The translations under genes were made by a program, and so were the position numbers. A DNA stretch of 64,000 nucleotides from a virus. The stretch spans positions 32,001 through 96,000 of IMG/VR virus record IMGVR_UViG_3300003873_000003. One strand, written 5' to 3'. The notes beneath the pieces were generated by a model. It saw nothing but the letters and a program-made list of their open reading frames with translations. It was not told the DNA's origin and searched no databases. Shown here piece by piece: positions 36,806-45,749 of this stretch (the stretch's first letter is position 1; each line of letters starts with the position of its first letter).

Positions 36806-38527
36806 ATGTATAAAGGTTACAAACTAACATCAGCCTTCGGGAAGACGAGTATCACCTCGTCTATGTCGGGGATGAACATAAACACTTCAAATGGTTCGTC
36901 TGATACTAGCGTACTTGATGGTTTCATTTCAACTAAGGAATCCATACTACGTAAGGTGTACAGGGACATATACTACCACGATAGTATCGGTGGCGCAGCC
37001 GTTGACCTTATTGCTGACTTGACATTCTCACCGTTTGAGCTAGGTGGTGTCCCTGATTCTGTTAAGGATGTTTACCAAGATAAGCTGGCTAACTTCGACT
37101 TTGCCACTTTCCTGCCTGAATTGTCACTAGACTACCATGTGTACGGTGCTTTCTGTGGGAGCTTGAACTTCAACGCCGAGACCAAAGCCTTCAATAGCTG
37201 CATACCACATCAACTTGAGAACTTGCATTTCACCGAGGTTCCACTCTTCGGGAGTGACCCCCTCATTGACTTGAAAGCACCCAAGAGCTTGCGTAACGCC
37301 TTCAACAGCAACGATAGTCGTATGAGGGCTATCATGTCAACAGCACCCTCTAAGTTGAACAGTGATGGACTTATCCATTTAGACCCTGCAACCACGTTGT
37401 TTATGGCTCGCCGTTCTATGGCTTCTGACTCACAGATTGTATCTTACTACCGCCGTATATTACCTTACTATCTCTTGGAGACTTCTATCTTGAAGGGAAG
37501 TATCACCCAAGCACGCCAACGTCAAAGAGCTATTTTGATGCTATCTGTAGGTGATGAAGATTGGGAACCAACCCAAGCCGACCTTGCGGATATTACTGAT
37601 ATGTTTATGTCTGCTAATGCTGACCCTTTGGGTGCTGTGGTTGCATTGCGTAAAGGTGTTGAGGCACAAGAGGTAATGCAGGGTGGGGAGTTTTGGAAGA
37701 TTGACGACATCTATGAAAGTATGTCATCCATGAAGATGCGAGCTTTAGGCATGAACGAAGCTATGCTTACAGGCGAGGGTTCTTGGAACAACGCTGAACA
37801 AGCTGTGGAGTCTTTCTTGATGTACCTAGAGGCACATCGGGCAACTGTTTGTCGTAAAGTGTTTTATGATAAAATCTTTCCCTTAATCAGCATCACAAGT
37901 GGGTTGAAGAAGGAATCCACAGAGGCAGACTATAAGCCCCCTAAAGACTTTGATATTCATCGTGTGGAAGCCTCACTTGTAGCCCCTGGGAATACCGAAC
38001 TGAAAGCCGCCCTTGAGAATGTTGATTACGCTAAGTACCACATCCCTACCGTGATATGGAAGAAAGCCTTGTCGCCCACATCGGATGGTGACTACATGCA
38101 GAGGTTATCTGACTTAGCTGATGCAGAAGTCCCTGTAACCATGCGTATGTACGCTCAAGCAGCAGGGGTTGACTTCGACACATTATTGAACTCACTTGAT
38201 GAGGATGTGAACGATAGACTAGCTGTTGCCGAGTACCAAGATAGGGTGGATTCAGGTGACCCAGCCCATGATGATGAGTTCGGTGATAGCATGAAGCTTA
38301 CGGGCAGCTTGAAACGAGTAGGCTTTGCTAAAAGAGAGTTCCCTAAGCTTGATAAAGATAAAGCACAAAAGGAAAACAAAGTCCTTTCTAAGGCATTGTC
38401 CAATGTTTCAAAGAAAAAGACGCACCAAGCTAATGAAGCTCACACAAACGAAAATGGTAAGACTTATTCATACCCAAACAAGGGGCGTGTCCACAGTGAT
38501 ATAAAGAAAGGAGATAAGGATGGCTAA
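36806..38527 (+). CDS. portal protein (putative)
   Basis: Size; YRDIYYHDSIGGAAVD, DYHVYG, SVGDEDWEPT, RALGMNEAMLTGEGSWNNA resemble jumbo-phage portals. Confidence 0.65.
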   Translation: MYKGYKLTSAFGKTSITSSMSGMNINTSNGSSDTSVLDGFISTKESILRKVYRDIYYHDSIGGAAVDLIADLTFSPFELGGVPDSVKDVYQDKLANFDFATFLPELSLDYHVYGAFCGSLNFNAETKAFNSCIPHQLENLHFTEVPLFGSDPLIDLKAPKSLRNAFNSNDSRMRAIMSTAPSKLNSDGLIHLDPATTLFMARRSMASDSQIVSYYRRILPYYLLETSILKGSITQARQRQRAILMLSVGDEDWEPTQADLADITDMFMSANADPLGAVVALRKGVEAQEVMQGGEFWKIDDIYESMSSMKMRALGMNEAMLTGEGSWNNAEQAVESFLMYLEAHRATVCRKVFYDKIFPLISITSGLKKESTEADYKPPKDFDIHRVEASLVAPGNTELKAALENVDYAKYHIPTVIWKKALSPTSDGDYMQRLSDLADAEVPVTMRMYAQAAGVDFDTLLNSLDEDVNDRLAVAEYQDRVDSGDPAHDDEFGDSMKLTGSLKRVGFAKREFPKLDKDKAQKENKVLSKALSNVSKKKTHQANEAHTNENGKTYSYPNKGRVHSDIKKGDKDG

Positions 38528-39071
38528 GAAACTAATATACCACGGGGATAACTATGGTGGTAAGTTAAAGCTCACAGATAAGTATATGAAGTTGAGTAAC
38601 AACCAAGAAGGTATGGGTATATACTTTGGGAACCTATCCATAGCTAGAGGGTACGGTGACGACATTACAGAAGCCGAGATTGATACCTCACGTTTCGCCG
38701 ATAGTCGTAACCCCACCTACCGTGTGTTATCTTCGAGAGCTGTTTTGAAGATGTTGAAGTACCTTGCAAAAGAAGACTTGGAGTCGATGTGGTATCTAGC
38801 TACTGACTACGGCTTTGATGTCGATATGGAAGATACGATTGACGTACTCCCCAACTTAGCGCACGCTATGAAGGACGAGGAGATTCGCAACTTCCAAATC
38901 ACTTTGGCTCAATCGTTCGGCACAGTGCCACTGTCAAAAGCATGGAAATCTGCAACTCGCCTAATGGGTCTGTACCACACAGAGAACAATCCGCACGACC
39001 ACTCCGAGTTGACTATCTACTCTGTTATTGACTTAGAGGGGCTTAAATACCATAGGTACAACCCTGAATAG
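38520..39071 (+). CDS. ADP-ribosyltransferase-fold-like protein (putative)
   Basis: IYHG...GMGIYF...ARGYG pattern. Confidence 0.45.
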   Translation: MAKKLIYHGDNYGGKLKLTDKYMKLSNNQEGMGIYFGNLSIARGYGDDITEAEIDTSRFADSRNPTYRVLSSRAVLKMLKYLAKEDLESMWYLATDYGFDVDMEDTIDVLPNLAHAMKDEEIRNFQITLAQSFGTVPLSKAWKSATRLMGLYHTENNPHDHSELTIYSVIDLEGLKYHRYNPE

Positions 39072-39126
39072 GTTATGTGTAAACTGATACCATTGAGTAG
39101 TTGTTACACTATAGGGGGCGTATAGT

Positions 39127-39390
39127 ATGAAGTTTAAGAAAGTTAATGGTGTTTATGTGGGGGTTCGGTTCGATGGTCAAGTTATCAACATCGAACGTAC
39201 AGACTACGATAAAAACACACGATGGGTTTCTAGGTATGCGGGAGACCATGATGGCGATAATACTGAATTTTTCAGTACGCTAAGGGAAGCCCAAGCTGCC
39301 GAGAACTCCATAGAGGTACAGATGCTTAGGGTTCAGCACGCACCTGTCGGTGTTAAACACGTCAAACGCACAAAACCCTCACGCTACTAG
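39127..39390 (+). CDS. hypothetical protein
   Basis: ORF followed by a terminator. Confidence 0.6.
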   Translation: MKFKKVNGVYVGVRFDGQVINIERTDYDKNTRWVSRYAGDHDGDNTEFFSTLREAQAAENSIEVQMLRVQHAPVGVKHVKRTKPSRY

Positions 39391-39415
39391 GTGAAACAAT
39401 ATAAGATACACGTTT

Positions 39416-39441
39416 AAGCCCCTTTAACCGAGGGGCTTTTT
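39416..39441 (+). terminator. rho-independent terminator
   Basis: AAGCCCCT-TTAACCG-AGGGGCTTTTT. Confidence 0.8.
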
Positions 39442-39513
39442 GCGTTCTTATGCGTGGTAAATGCGTTTAGTGTAAATGTGCTGTGACATCAGATACTAAA
39501 GGAGAATCGTGCT

Positions 39514-39954
39514 ATGGGTATACTCAAATTCAAATCTTATGATATAAAGCTACTACGGGAGCGTTTGTCTAGGGAGAGTGTGCTATCTCTGGTGCCTGTA
39601 GTTAGCTTGCTATCCTGCCTAGAGGGTGGGGAAGTGTGGCGGCTGCCTTATGTCGATGAACTTGTGGGTATGCACCTAGGTACATACGAGTCTGTCTACG
39701 GCAAGAAGTTCTGGGCTTCCCCTCATGGAGATTCTAGCGAGCTGGTGGTGTACGATACTAGCGAAGGTGTATTTACTCCCCCTCCGCATAGTACCTGTGC
39801 TAAGCAAGATGTTTTTCTTATTCAAGGCAAAGAGCAGCTACCTACAGTTGCGATTGAGAAAGCCCTCTTGGTTATGGGGGGATGTAATACAGCTATGACG
39901 CTCACTATACACAAGACTATCTTAGGCAGGTATAAAGCCTCTTTCGGAGGGTAA
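39514..39954 (+). CDS. DUF1566/Lcl-like domain protein
   Basis: WRLPYVDEL...FWAS; AAGGAG RBS. Confidence 0.5.
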   Translation: MGILKFKSYDIKLLRERLSRESVLSLVPVVSLLSCLEGGEVWRLPYVDELVGMHLGTYESVYGKKFWASPHGDSSELVVYDTSEGVFTPPPHSTCAKQDVFLIQGKEQLPTVAIEKALLVMGGCNTAMTLTIHKTILGRYKASFGG

Positions 39955-40026
39955 TTACCCTGTCTTGCTGTTTAGGGTGTTTCTGCGTTTAGTGTAAATG
40001 ACACGCAACACTATCTAAAGAGGGGA

Positions 40027-40476
40027 TTGTATATGCACTATCCACAAACTATAAAAGTAAAACTACTAGACTGCCCAATGTCTCGACCCGAAGCCTTGCA
40101 AGCCATGTCCAGCAACTTAGGTTGGCGCATACCGAACCTAGCCGAACTAGAGGGTGTTATATTGAAGTGTGTTACACTGAAGGGGTTTAAGTCTGAACGA
40201 GGCTACTGGATTCTAGGAGGTACGAGTCCCTATGACTCGTGGGTGTACACACCTGAATCTGACGTGTACTATTTTCCTTGGGAGGGTATTTCGTTCCCAC
40301 AAGGCAACCCACCCGAAAAGAACCGAGTATTTTTAATTGAAGGCTCCACTCCTATCCATAGGAACCTTATGATACTAATCTTGCTAGAGCTATCCAAACA
40401 TGATGGAGGGGTAGAGTTTTCTTTAACTACTCGCAGGTTCGGCTCACCTGTGATTTCACTACAAGAGCGAGGTTAG
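40027..40476 (+). CDS. DUF1566/Lcl-like domain protein, paralog of 39514..39954
   Basis: GWRIPNLAEL...YWIL...VFLIEG. Confidence 0.5.
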   Translation: MYMHYPQTIKVKLLDCPMSRPEALQAMSSNLGWRIPNLAELEGVILKCVTLKGFKSERGYWILGGTSPYDSWVYTPESDVYYFPWEGISFPQGNPPEKNRVFLIEGSTPIHRNLMILILLELSKHDGGVEFSLTTRRFGSPVISLQERG

Positions 40477-40580
40477 ACTTAGGTGAAATTTGGCACCTTT
40501 ACAGTTAGATACTGTTCGTGTATATGCGCATGTGCGTGTTTATTCAGAGAGCAAGAAAGCATTGATAAGAATTTGGCACC

Positions 40581-40609
40581 TTTACAGTTTAATCTCGACC
40601 TGCTATACT
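40581..40609 (+). promoter_or_regulatory. sigma70-type early promoter
   Basis: TTTACA-N17-TATACT with extended TGn. Confidence 0.75.
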
Positions 40610-40657
40610 TCATCCATCGCAAGTGAATGACGCAAGCGAAATCAGAGATACAAAAGG

Positions 40658-41026
40658 ATGTACCACATGGCTAAAACTACAGATGCAGCGCAAGCGAGCA
40701 AATTTGAACTTACCGAAACTGAATTTTCATCAATGACGGCTGAACAAAAAGTTGAACACGACAAAAGCGATGCTTTTCGTGAGTCGTTTGTTCATGCTGT
40801 ATTAAGTGAAGAAGAGGATTTTAATCCTCAACTTCATGCGATTGTTGACGAACTCGACCGCCTTTATGCACTTGAAGCTGCGCACAAAGGTGAACCATGG
40901 TTTGATAAAGCTTATGCACAAGCGCAAGCCATGTTCACTGCCTATTCAAACTACGCATCCGAGCTGAAAAAGATACACCAACTCGCAATGGCACATACTA
41001 AGTTTTGGTGTGATGGCTTGGAGTGA
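40658..41026 (+). CDS. hypothetical early protein
   Basis: Has its own promoter and terminator. Confidence 0.75.
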   Translation: MYHMAKTTDAAQASKFELTETEFSSMTAEQKVEHDKSDAFRESFVHAVLSEEEDFNPQLHAIVDELDRLYALEAAHKGEPWFDKAYAQAQAMFTAYSNYASELKKIHQLAMAHTKFWCDGLE

Positions 41027-41055
41027 TGAAGCGTAACACCTAAAACAATCAACCG

Positions 41056-41087
41056 AGCCACCGTGTAAAAACGGTGGCTTTTTTTTG
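41056..41087 (+). terminator. rho-independent terminator
   Basis: AGCCACCGT...ACGGTGGCT followed by a T-run. Confidence 0.85.
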
Positions 41088-41130
41088 TACCTAAAAAGTC
41101 CCCGGCGACTAACCACCGCAGCTAGGGGAC

Positions 41131-41159
41131 TTTACAGTTTGATTTTTACTTGTTAAAAT
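41131..41159 (+). promoter_or_regulatory. sigma70-type early promoter
   Basis: TTTACA-N17-TAAAAT with extended TGn. Confidence 0.75.
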
Positions 41160-41205
41160 ACATTCATCGCAAGTTTTATTTCATGCGAAATTTTGTGTAA
41201 ATAGG

Positions 41206-41571
41206 ATGCACCACATGACAGAACAAAAGAAGGCAGCGCAAGCGAGCAACGTCAAGCGAGAACACGAAAAGAAAAACGAGATATTTAAGATAGGCTTTTT
41301 CTTCTTCGCCAACAGTGATGAAAACCCCGCAAACATTATGCTTCTTCAAGAGTATCAGCGGCTTGAAAAGTACAGAGCCACGGATTCAAACGAGCAGTGG
41401 TTTAAGGATGCAGAGCTTGAATTGCACAAGCTGACCGCCGCACGTTCGGCATACTTGGACGCACTCGCAAACCTGTATCCAAAACGAGGCGCAGATGGCA
41501 AACTTACCAAGGGTGCCCCCATCGAACCTAAATATGAAGTTGTGTATTCATCGAGCGATAGAACGCACTAA
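41206..41571 (+). CDS. hypothetical early protein, paralog of 40658..41026
   Basis: Shared HM...AAQAS, NP, L.RL, E.WF..A motifs. Confidence 0.75.
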   Translation: MHHMTEQKKAAQASNVKREHEKKNEIFKIGFFFFANSDENPANIMLLQEYQRLEKYRATDSNEQWFKDAELELHKLTAARSAYLDALANLYPKRGADGKLTKGAPIEPKYEVVYSSSDRTH

Positions 41572-41648
41572 GAACAAACAACAAGCCTATAATGATAGAA
41601 GCACCCTACGTGGATGACATGTAGGGTGCTTCACGTTTCCATGTACAG

Positions 41649-41684
41649 AAAAGCGACTCTAGGTTTAACCTAGAGTCGCTTTTT
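41649..41684. terminator. bidirectional terminator
   Basis: AAAAGCGACTCTAGG-TTTAA-CCTAGAGTCGCTTTT perfect inverted repeat; second hairpin at 41598-41631. Confidence 0.8.
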
Positions 41685-41719
41685 AAGCTTAACACTATAA
41701 ACCAAAAGGATGGTATATT

Positions 41720-42589
41720 ATGACACATAAAATAGAGATGGGGGAACTGGAAGGAGAGGGTATTGGGTACACTGCATCAGATAGTACAGTCCAATCTTAC
41801 TTAGAAGCCTATGCCGACCGTGTTTCCAATATAGTTCGTGCAGCTCGGCTAGACCCCCAAGCCTCGCTCGAACCTAGCGAGATTTTATCCTGTAACACAT
41901 TGCTTGTGAGTAACCTTTGCAACGCCGTAGGCGCAGCCTGCCAAGAAGCTACTTTAGTCAGCCTAGATAGCCGACCCTACTTTGTGGGGTGTGTAGCTGC
42001 ATTCGAAGAGTTGGCTGCAACGTCCCTGACTTCTCTTGATATTGTAACTCACAGGCTAGGCGAGCTGGGTGGAGAAGCACACCTTGAGCAGCGACCTGAA
42101 CATTCGCTATCCAGTTCCTTGGGGTTCCCTTTGGAGATTCAAAGTGGCTATAGTACCGTGCAGCACATCATCCGCCACGCTTCCGAAGTATCTGCTGCGA
42201 TAGCTCGACCGACACTTGCAGAGTTGGGGGCATCTGTCTACAAGGACGTTACTGTACGTTCTGTGCGTAACATGTTAGGGTTGCTTTCGGGGTGCGGTGG
42301 TGATACCAAACATGTTGTGGTGGCGATGTACAACACCTACCTTTGTATTAACCTCATGGGTCACATGCGTAACGTTACATCAGGTGAGCTAGGTTCGGGT
42401 GCGGTCTCCGAGTCATGTACTACAAGTGGGATGACTGGCTTTCTGCGTACCTATGACATGTACTGCACTGCGGCAAGAATGAACATTACGTTGTTTGAGA
42501 GTTTGGCAGCTGCACTGATTGACTCTGATATTGAAGGGGGTTTAGCTACGCTTAGTCTTTACTTCAACATAAGGGAAAACCTACTATAA
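41720..42589 (+). CDS. hypothetical helical protein, weak ferritin/Dps-like motif
   Basis: LDIVTHRLGELGG resembles the D..ER...LGG motif. Confidence 0.5.
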   Translation: MTHKIEMGELEGEGIGYTASDSTVQSYLEAYADRVSNIVRAARLDPQASLEPSEILSCNTLLVSNLCNAVGAACQEATLVSLDSRPYFVGCVAAFEELAATSLTSLDIVTHRLGELGGEAHLEQRPEHSLSSSLGFPLEIQSGYSTVQHIIRHASEVSAAIARPTLAELGASVYKDVTVRSVRNMLGLLSGCGGDTKHVVVAMYNTYLCINLMGHMRNVTSGELGSGAVSESCTTSGMTGFLRTYDMYCTAARMNITLFESLAAALIDSDIEGGLATLSLYFNIRENLL

Positions 42590-42769
42590 AGTGTAAATGG
42601 TTGATACCGAGTAACCACACAGGACTAACCCCTGTGTGGTTATCGTACTTTGTGGTAATGAAGATTGCACAGACTTTAGAGTCGTAGGGTCGCTACTTTT
42701 CCACAACTTAATTTGTGGAACGTACCCAAACAAAAACGGGGGTTATAAAATGAGAAATATGGAGGTTAT

Positions 42770-43561
42770 ATGAAAGCGTTATTCGGCATGTGTAGTGCCT
42801 CGATGGGTCAGGTTCGGAAAGCTATCCCTTCCGCCTGCAAAGCCCAAGTCTGTACTTATGAGAGCAACACTGTAAACAAGCATGTTGATGTGTGGCTCGT
42901 TCCCTCGCTTCGGATGTTGAAGAAGAAGATGCCTTTTCGAGGTGTTGTCATTGTATTCGATAGCCCCTTATACTTGAGTAGTATCACTTCGCTTGAGTTC
43001 TTGGATGTCACTCGCAACACTGCACACACTTTCAACTTCAAGCACTTTACACCCTCGTTGTTAGACCCTGTTCGTAAAGCACTTCGGCTAAAGGATAGGA
43101 AGAAGTTTGACTTGAGTGAGGTTGACTATTTTCACTCGATTATTGAAAATGTTACATCGGGTACTGTCCTTGATAAGTACAATCAACTTTTCTACTCGCT
43201 CCCTGGGACTAAAGAGAAGATTGTCCTAAAGGCTGCCTTGTTGAAGTTCATGTTTGAGGACGCTCCCCTTAGCATAGTCAAGAAGGTTCTTGAAGATAGC
43301 TTTAGTGATGAAGAGCTTTGCTGTGAATACCTAGATGATTTGGTAGCCTTCTTAGATTCCCCCGAAGGTCGGAATGTCAAGGATGCTTGTAAGGATGTGC
43401 GTGATAGCCGAATCGAGCTGTTGAAAAAGAAGAAGCCCTTATCTGTTCCTTACGCTCGCATCATTAAGAAGTATGGCGTTGACAGGTTCGAGTTGAAGTA
43501 CCTAGCTAAAACGTATTACAAGAATTGTGGTGATGATGACCCTGCAATGATGGAGGGCTAA
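42770..43561 (+). CDS. hypothetical protein
   Basis: GGAGG RBS; directly upstream of the TGT-like gene. Confidence 0.75.
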   Translation: MKALFGMCSASMGQVRKAIPSACKAQVCTYESNTVNKHVDVWLVPSLRMLKKKMPFRGVVIVFDSPLYLSSITSLEFLDVTRNTAHTFNFKHFTPSLLDPVRKALRLKDRKKFDLSEVDYFHSIIENVTSGTVLDKYNQLFYSLPGTKEKIVLKAALLKFMFEDAPLSIVKKVLEDSFSDEELCCEYLDDLVAFLDSPEGRNVKDACKDVRDSRIELLKKKKPLSVPYARIIKKYGVDRFELKYLAKTYYKNCGDDDPAMMEG

Positions 43562-43565
43562 AGCG

Positions 43566-45215
43566 ATGTCATATCATTTCGTACATGCAGGCATCTTCCC
43601 TTATAAGAAGAGTGGGATTGCTGTCTACACAAAGTTTGGCAAGCATCATGTCAACAATCTTCGGGTGAAGCATAACCACGAGTACACTTGGATTACAGCC
43701 CCCGACCGTGAGCTTATCATTGTAAGCGATGCTCATAAGTCAGATTGCTTCCGCCCTCAAGGGTGTAACTTCGATACCATGCAAATCTTTGGTCCCACTA
43801 TACCGAGTTTTGATGGGTATGACGTTGATTACATGATGACTAATTACACGACACATATCGGTAAAGAGCATCTATCCCCTATGCACCGTAAGCAAGGGTT
43901 TCGTGACCACACCCACCCTCTAGCCCCAGACAGGGCAACTTGGATGGCTGATTCGGGTGGGTTTCAGTTCAGTACAGGGGTGCTATCTTTCGTTGACCCT
44001 ATCAACATGGTTAAGTGGTATAACGACAATGCCGATATTGGTATGGTATTGGATATGCCTGTTTCTAGGGAACATGGGCTTGCAACCTTCAAGCGTGCTG
44101 CACATACCCAAGCTCGGAATACTGCGGCTATGGTAGCGCATAAAGCCGAGCATTTGGATTTGATGAATATCATTCATGGAAGCACTGTGGAGGATAGGGC
44201 TTACTACCGCCGTGTCGTTGAGCGTGACGATATAACGAAGCTTGCGGTGGCTGGGGACTACAATGGCACTGTGCTTGACGTTATCAACAACCTGCTATCA
44301 CTTGTTAATGATACAGGGTCTCACTATGACCACTATCATTTACTTGGCATCTTCAACCCTCGCATTACCGCCTTGCTTGCTAAGGTTGCTTCCGAGGGGA
44401 TTGTTGATACCCTAACCTCTGATAGTAGCACTGCGATTCAAGCCGCTACCGTGCGTGAGTTCTATGTGATAAGCAAGAACGAGGGGCTGCATCGTACGCC
44501 TGTTGGTCACAAGTATATCCATCCGAACATATCCAACCGATTGCCTTGTTCATGTCCCGTCTGCTCCACACTGAAATATACAGACGTTTTCACAACTGTA
44601 AATTCAGGTAGCTGTATTGCCTTGCTTGCTGTGCATAATATGTTCGCAATGTCCACCTATATGAGTATGCTGGACACCTATGCCAACACCCTTTCCACCG
44701 AGGAATACCGTTCCTATTTATCTTCCACGATTGCTAAGAGGGGTAGCGGTGGGCAGGAGATGCTTCATTGCATTGACTTTATTGAGTCTTACAAAGAAGA
44801 AGGGCTAGAAGCTGCACAGCGTAAGTTCCAATTTTACTTGGATGGTAATTTAGGTTCTGCTAAACCTTTGCCTTCTATGTTAGGTGGTGCAGTGGAGGAA
44901 GAGGAACCCAAGGAAGAATTAAGCCTAGATTCCGATGATGACACCCCTGCAGCAGGCAAAGAAGAATACCATGCGCACTTACAGAAAGTTTTAGGTAACT
45001 TTGACAGATGGGCGGAAGGCGAAGACCTATCTCATGTTGATGGGTTAGATATGCGTAGGTCCGAGAAGTCCAAAGAGTACAAAGAACGTAAAGCAGCTCG
45101 TGATAGAGGCGAACATCAGGAGCCTGTGAAGAAGAAGCAGTTATTGGGTATGAGTACCAAAGCTAAACAGCGAGCCAAAGGGACGAGGAGGTTGCGAGCC
45201 CGACCTAAGGAGTAA
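43566..45215 (+). CDS. dpdA: TGT-fold transglycosylase, DpdA-like (7-deazaguanine insertion into DNA)
   Basis: MADSGGFQ, LDMP, IIHG, HLLG, SDSST, LPCSCPVC...HN Zn site; queC and ArcS-like genes in the same window. Confidence 0.75.
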   Translation: MSYHFVHAGIFPYKKSGIAVYTKFGKHHVNNLRVKHNHEYTWITAPDRELIIVSDAHKSDCFRPQGCNFDTMQIFGPTIPSFDGYDVDYMMTNYTTHIGKEHLSPMHRKQGFRDHTHPLAPDRATWMADSGGFQFSTGVLSFVDPINMVKWYNDNADIGMVLDMPVSREHGLATFKRAAHTQARNTAAMVAHKAEHLDLMNIIHGSTVEDRAYYRRVVERDDITKLAVAGDYNGTVLDVINNLLSLVNDTGSHYDHYHLLGIFNPRITALLAKVASEGIVDTLTSDSSTAIQAATVREFYVISKNEGLHRTPVGHKYIHPNISNRLPCSCPVCSTLKYTDVFTTVNSGSCIALLAVHNMFAMSTYMSMLDTYANTLSTEEYRSYLSSTIAKRGSGGQEMLHCIDFIESYKEEGLEAAQRKFQFYLDGNLGSAKPLPSMLGGAVEEEEPKEELSLDSDDDTPAAGKEEYHAHLQKVLGNFDRWAEGEDLSHVDGLDMRRSEKSKEYKERKAARDRGEHQEPVKKKQLLGMSTKAKQRAKGTRRLRARPKE

Positions 45216-45218
45216 GCT

Positions 45219-45737
45219 ATGCCAAGTGTGAAAAGAAAGCCAAGTGTGAAAAGAAAGCCAAGTGTGAAGGGGCAGCCTAAGAGTATCCCCAAAGCTACTA
45301 CTCATGTGAGAGTTCTCAATAAGAGGGCTAAGGGGTTGACTGCGTATCAGATACTCCAAAACGCTAACCGTAAATACCGCCGTGATACCAAGGATGTGAG
45401 TATCGGAGGTAGTCGGACTATTAAACTGAAAGGCGAGGAAGCCGTGCAGTTTAAGACACTCACTACCGCACGCACTGTTGGGGGTGCTACCCGTGACCGC
45501 CCTCATACAGTAACTATCATCCCTACGGATGTTAAGGGTGGCGTTATTCTCGACTGCGACTGTGAAGACTTCGTATTCGGAGGTTGCGAATACTCTTTGG
45601 CTTGGCATGGAGCTGCCTATATACGGCGTGGCAATGGTAAGGCTCCTGTAGTCAACTTCCCTAACTGGAAGCGTGACTACATAGCCTGTAAGCATTGCTT
45701 GCGTGCGCTCATTGAGTACAAGAAGAAGTATCTATAA
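45219..45737 (+). CDS. SWIM-type Zn finger basic protein
   Basis: CDCEDF...ACKH; N-terminal 18-nt repeat encoding PSVKRK. Confidence 0.7.
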   Translation: MPSVKRKPSVKRKPSVKGQPKSIPKATTHVRVLNKRAKGLTAYQILQNANRKYRRDTKDVSIGGSRTIKLKGEEAVQFKTLTTARTVGGATRDRPHTVTIIPTDVKGGVILDCDCEDFVFGGCEYSLAWHGAAYIRRGNGKAPVVNFPNWKRDYIACKHCLRALIEYKKKYL

Positions 45738-45749
45738 TAAAAGAGGTGG

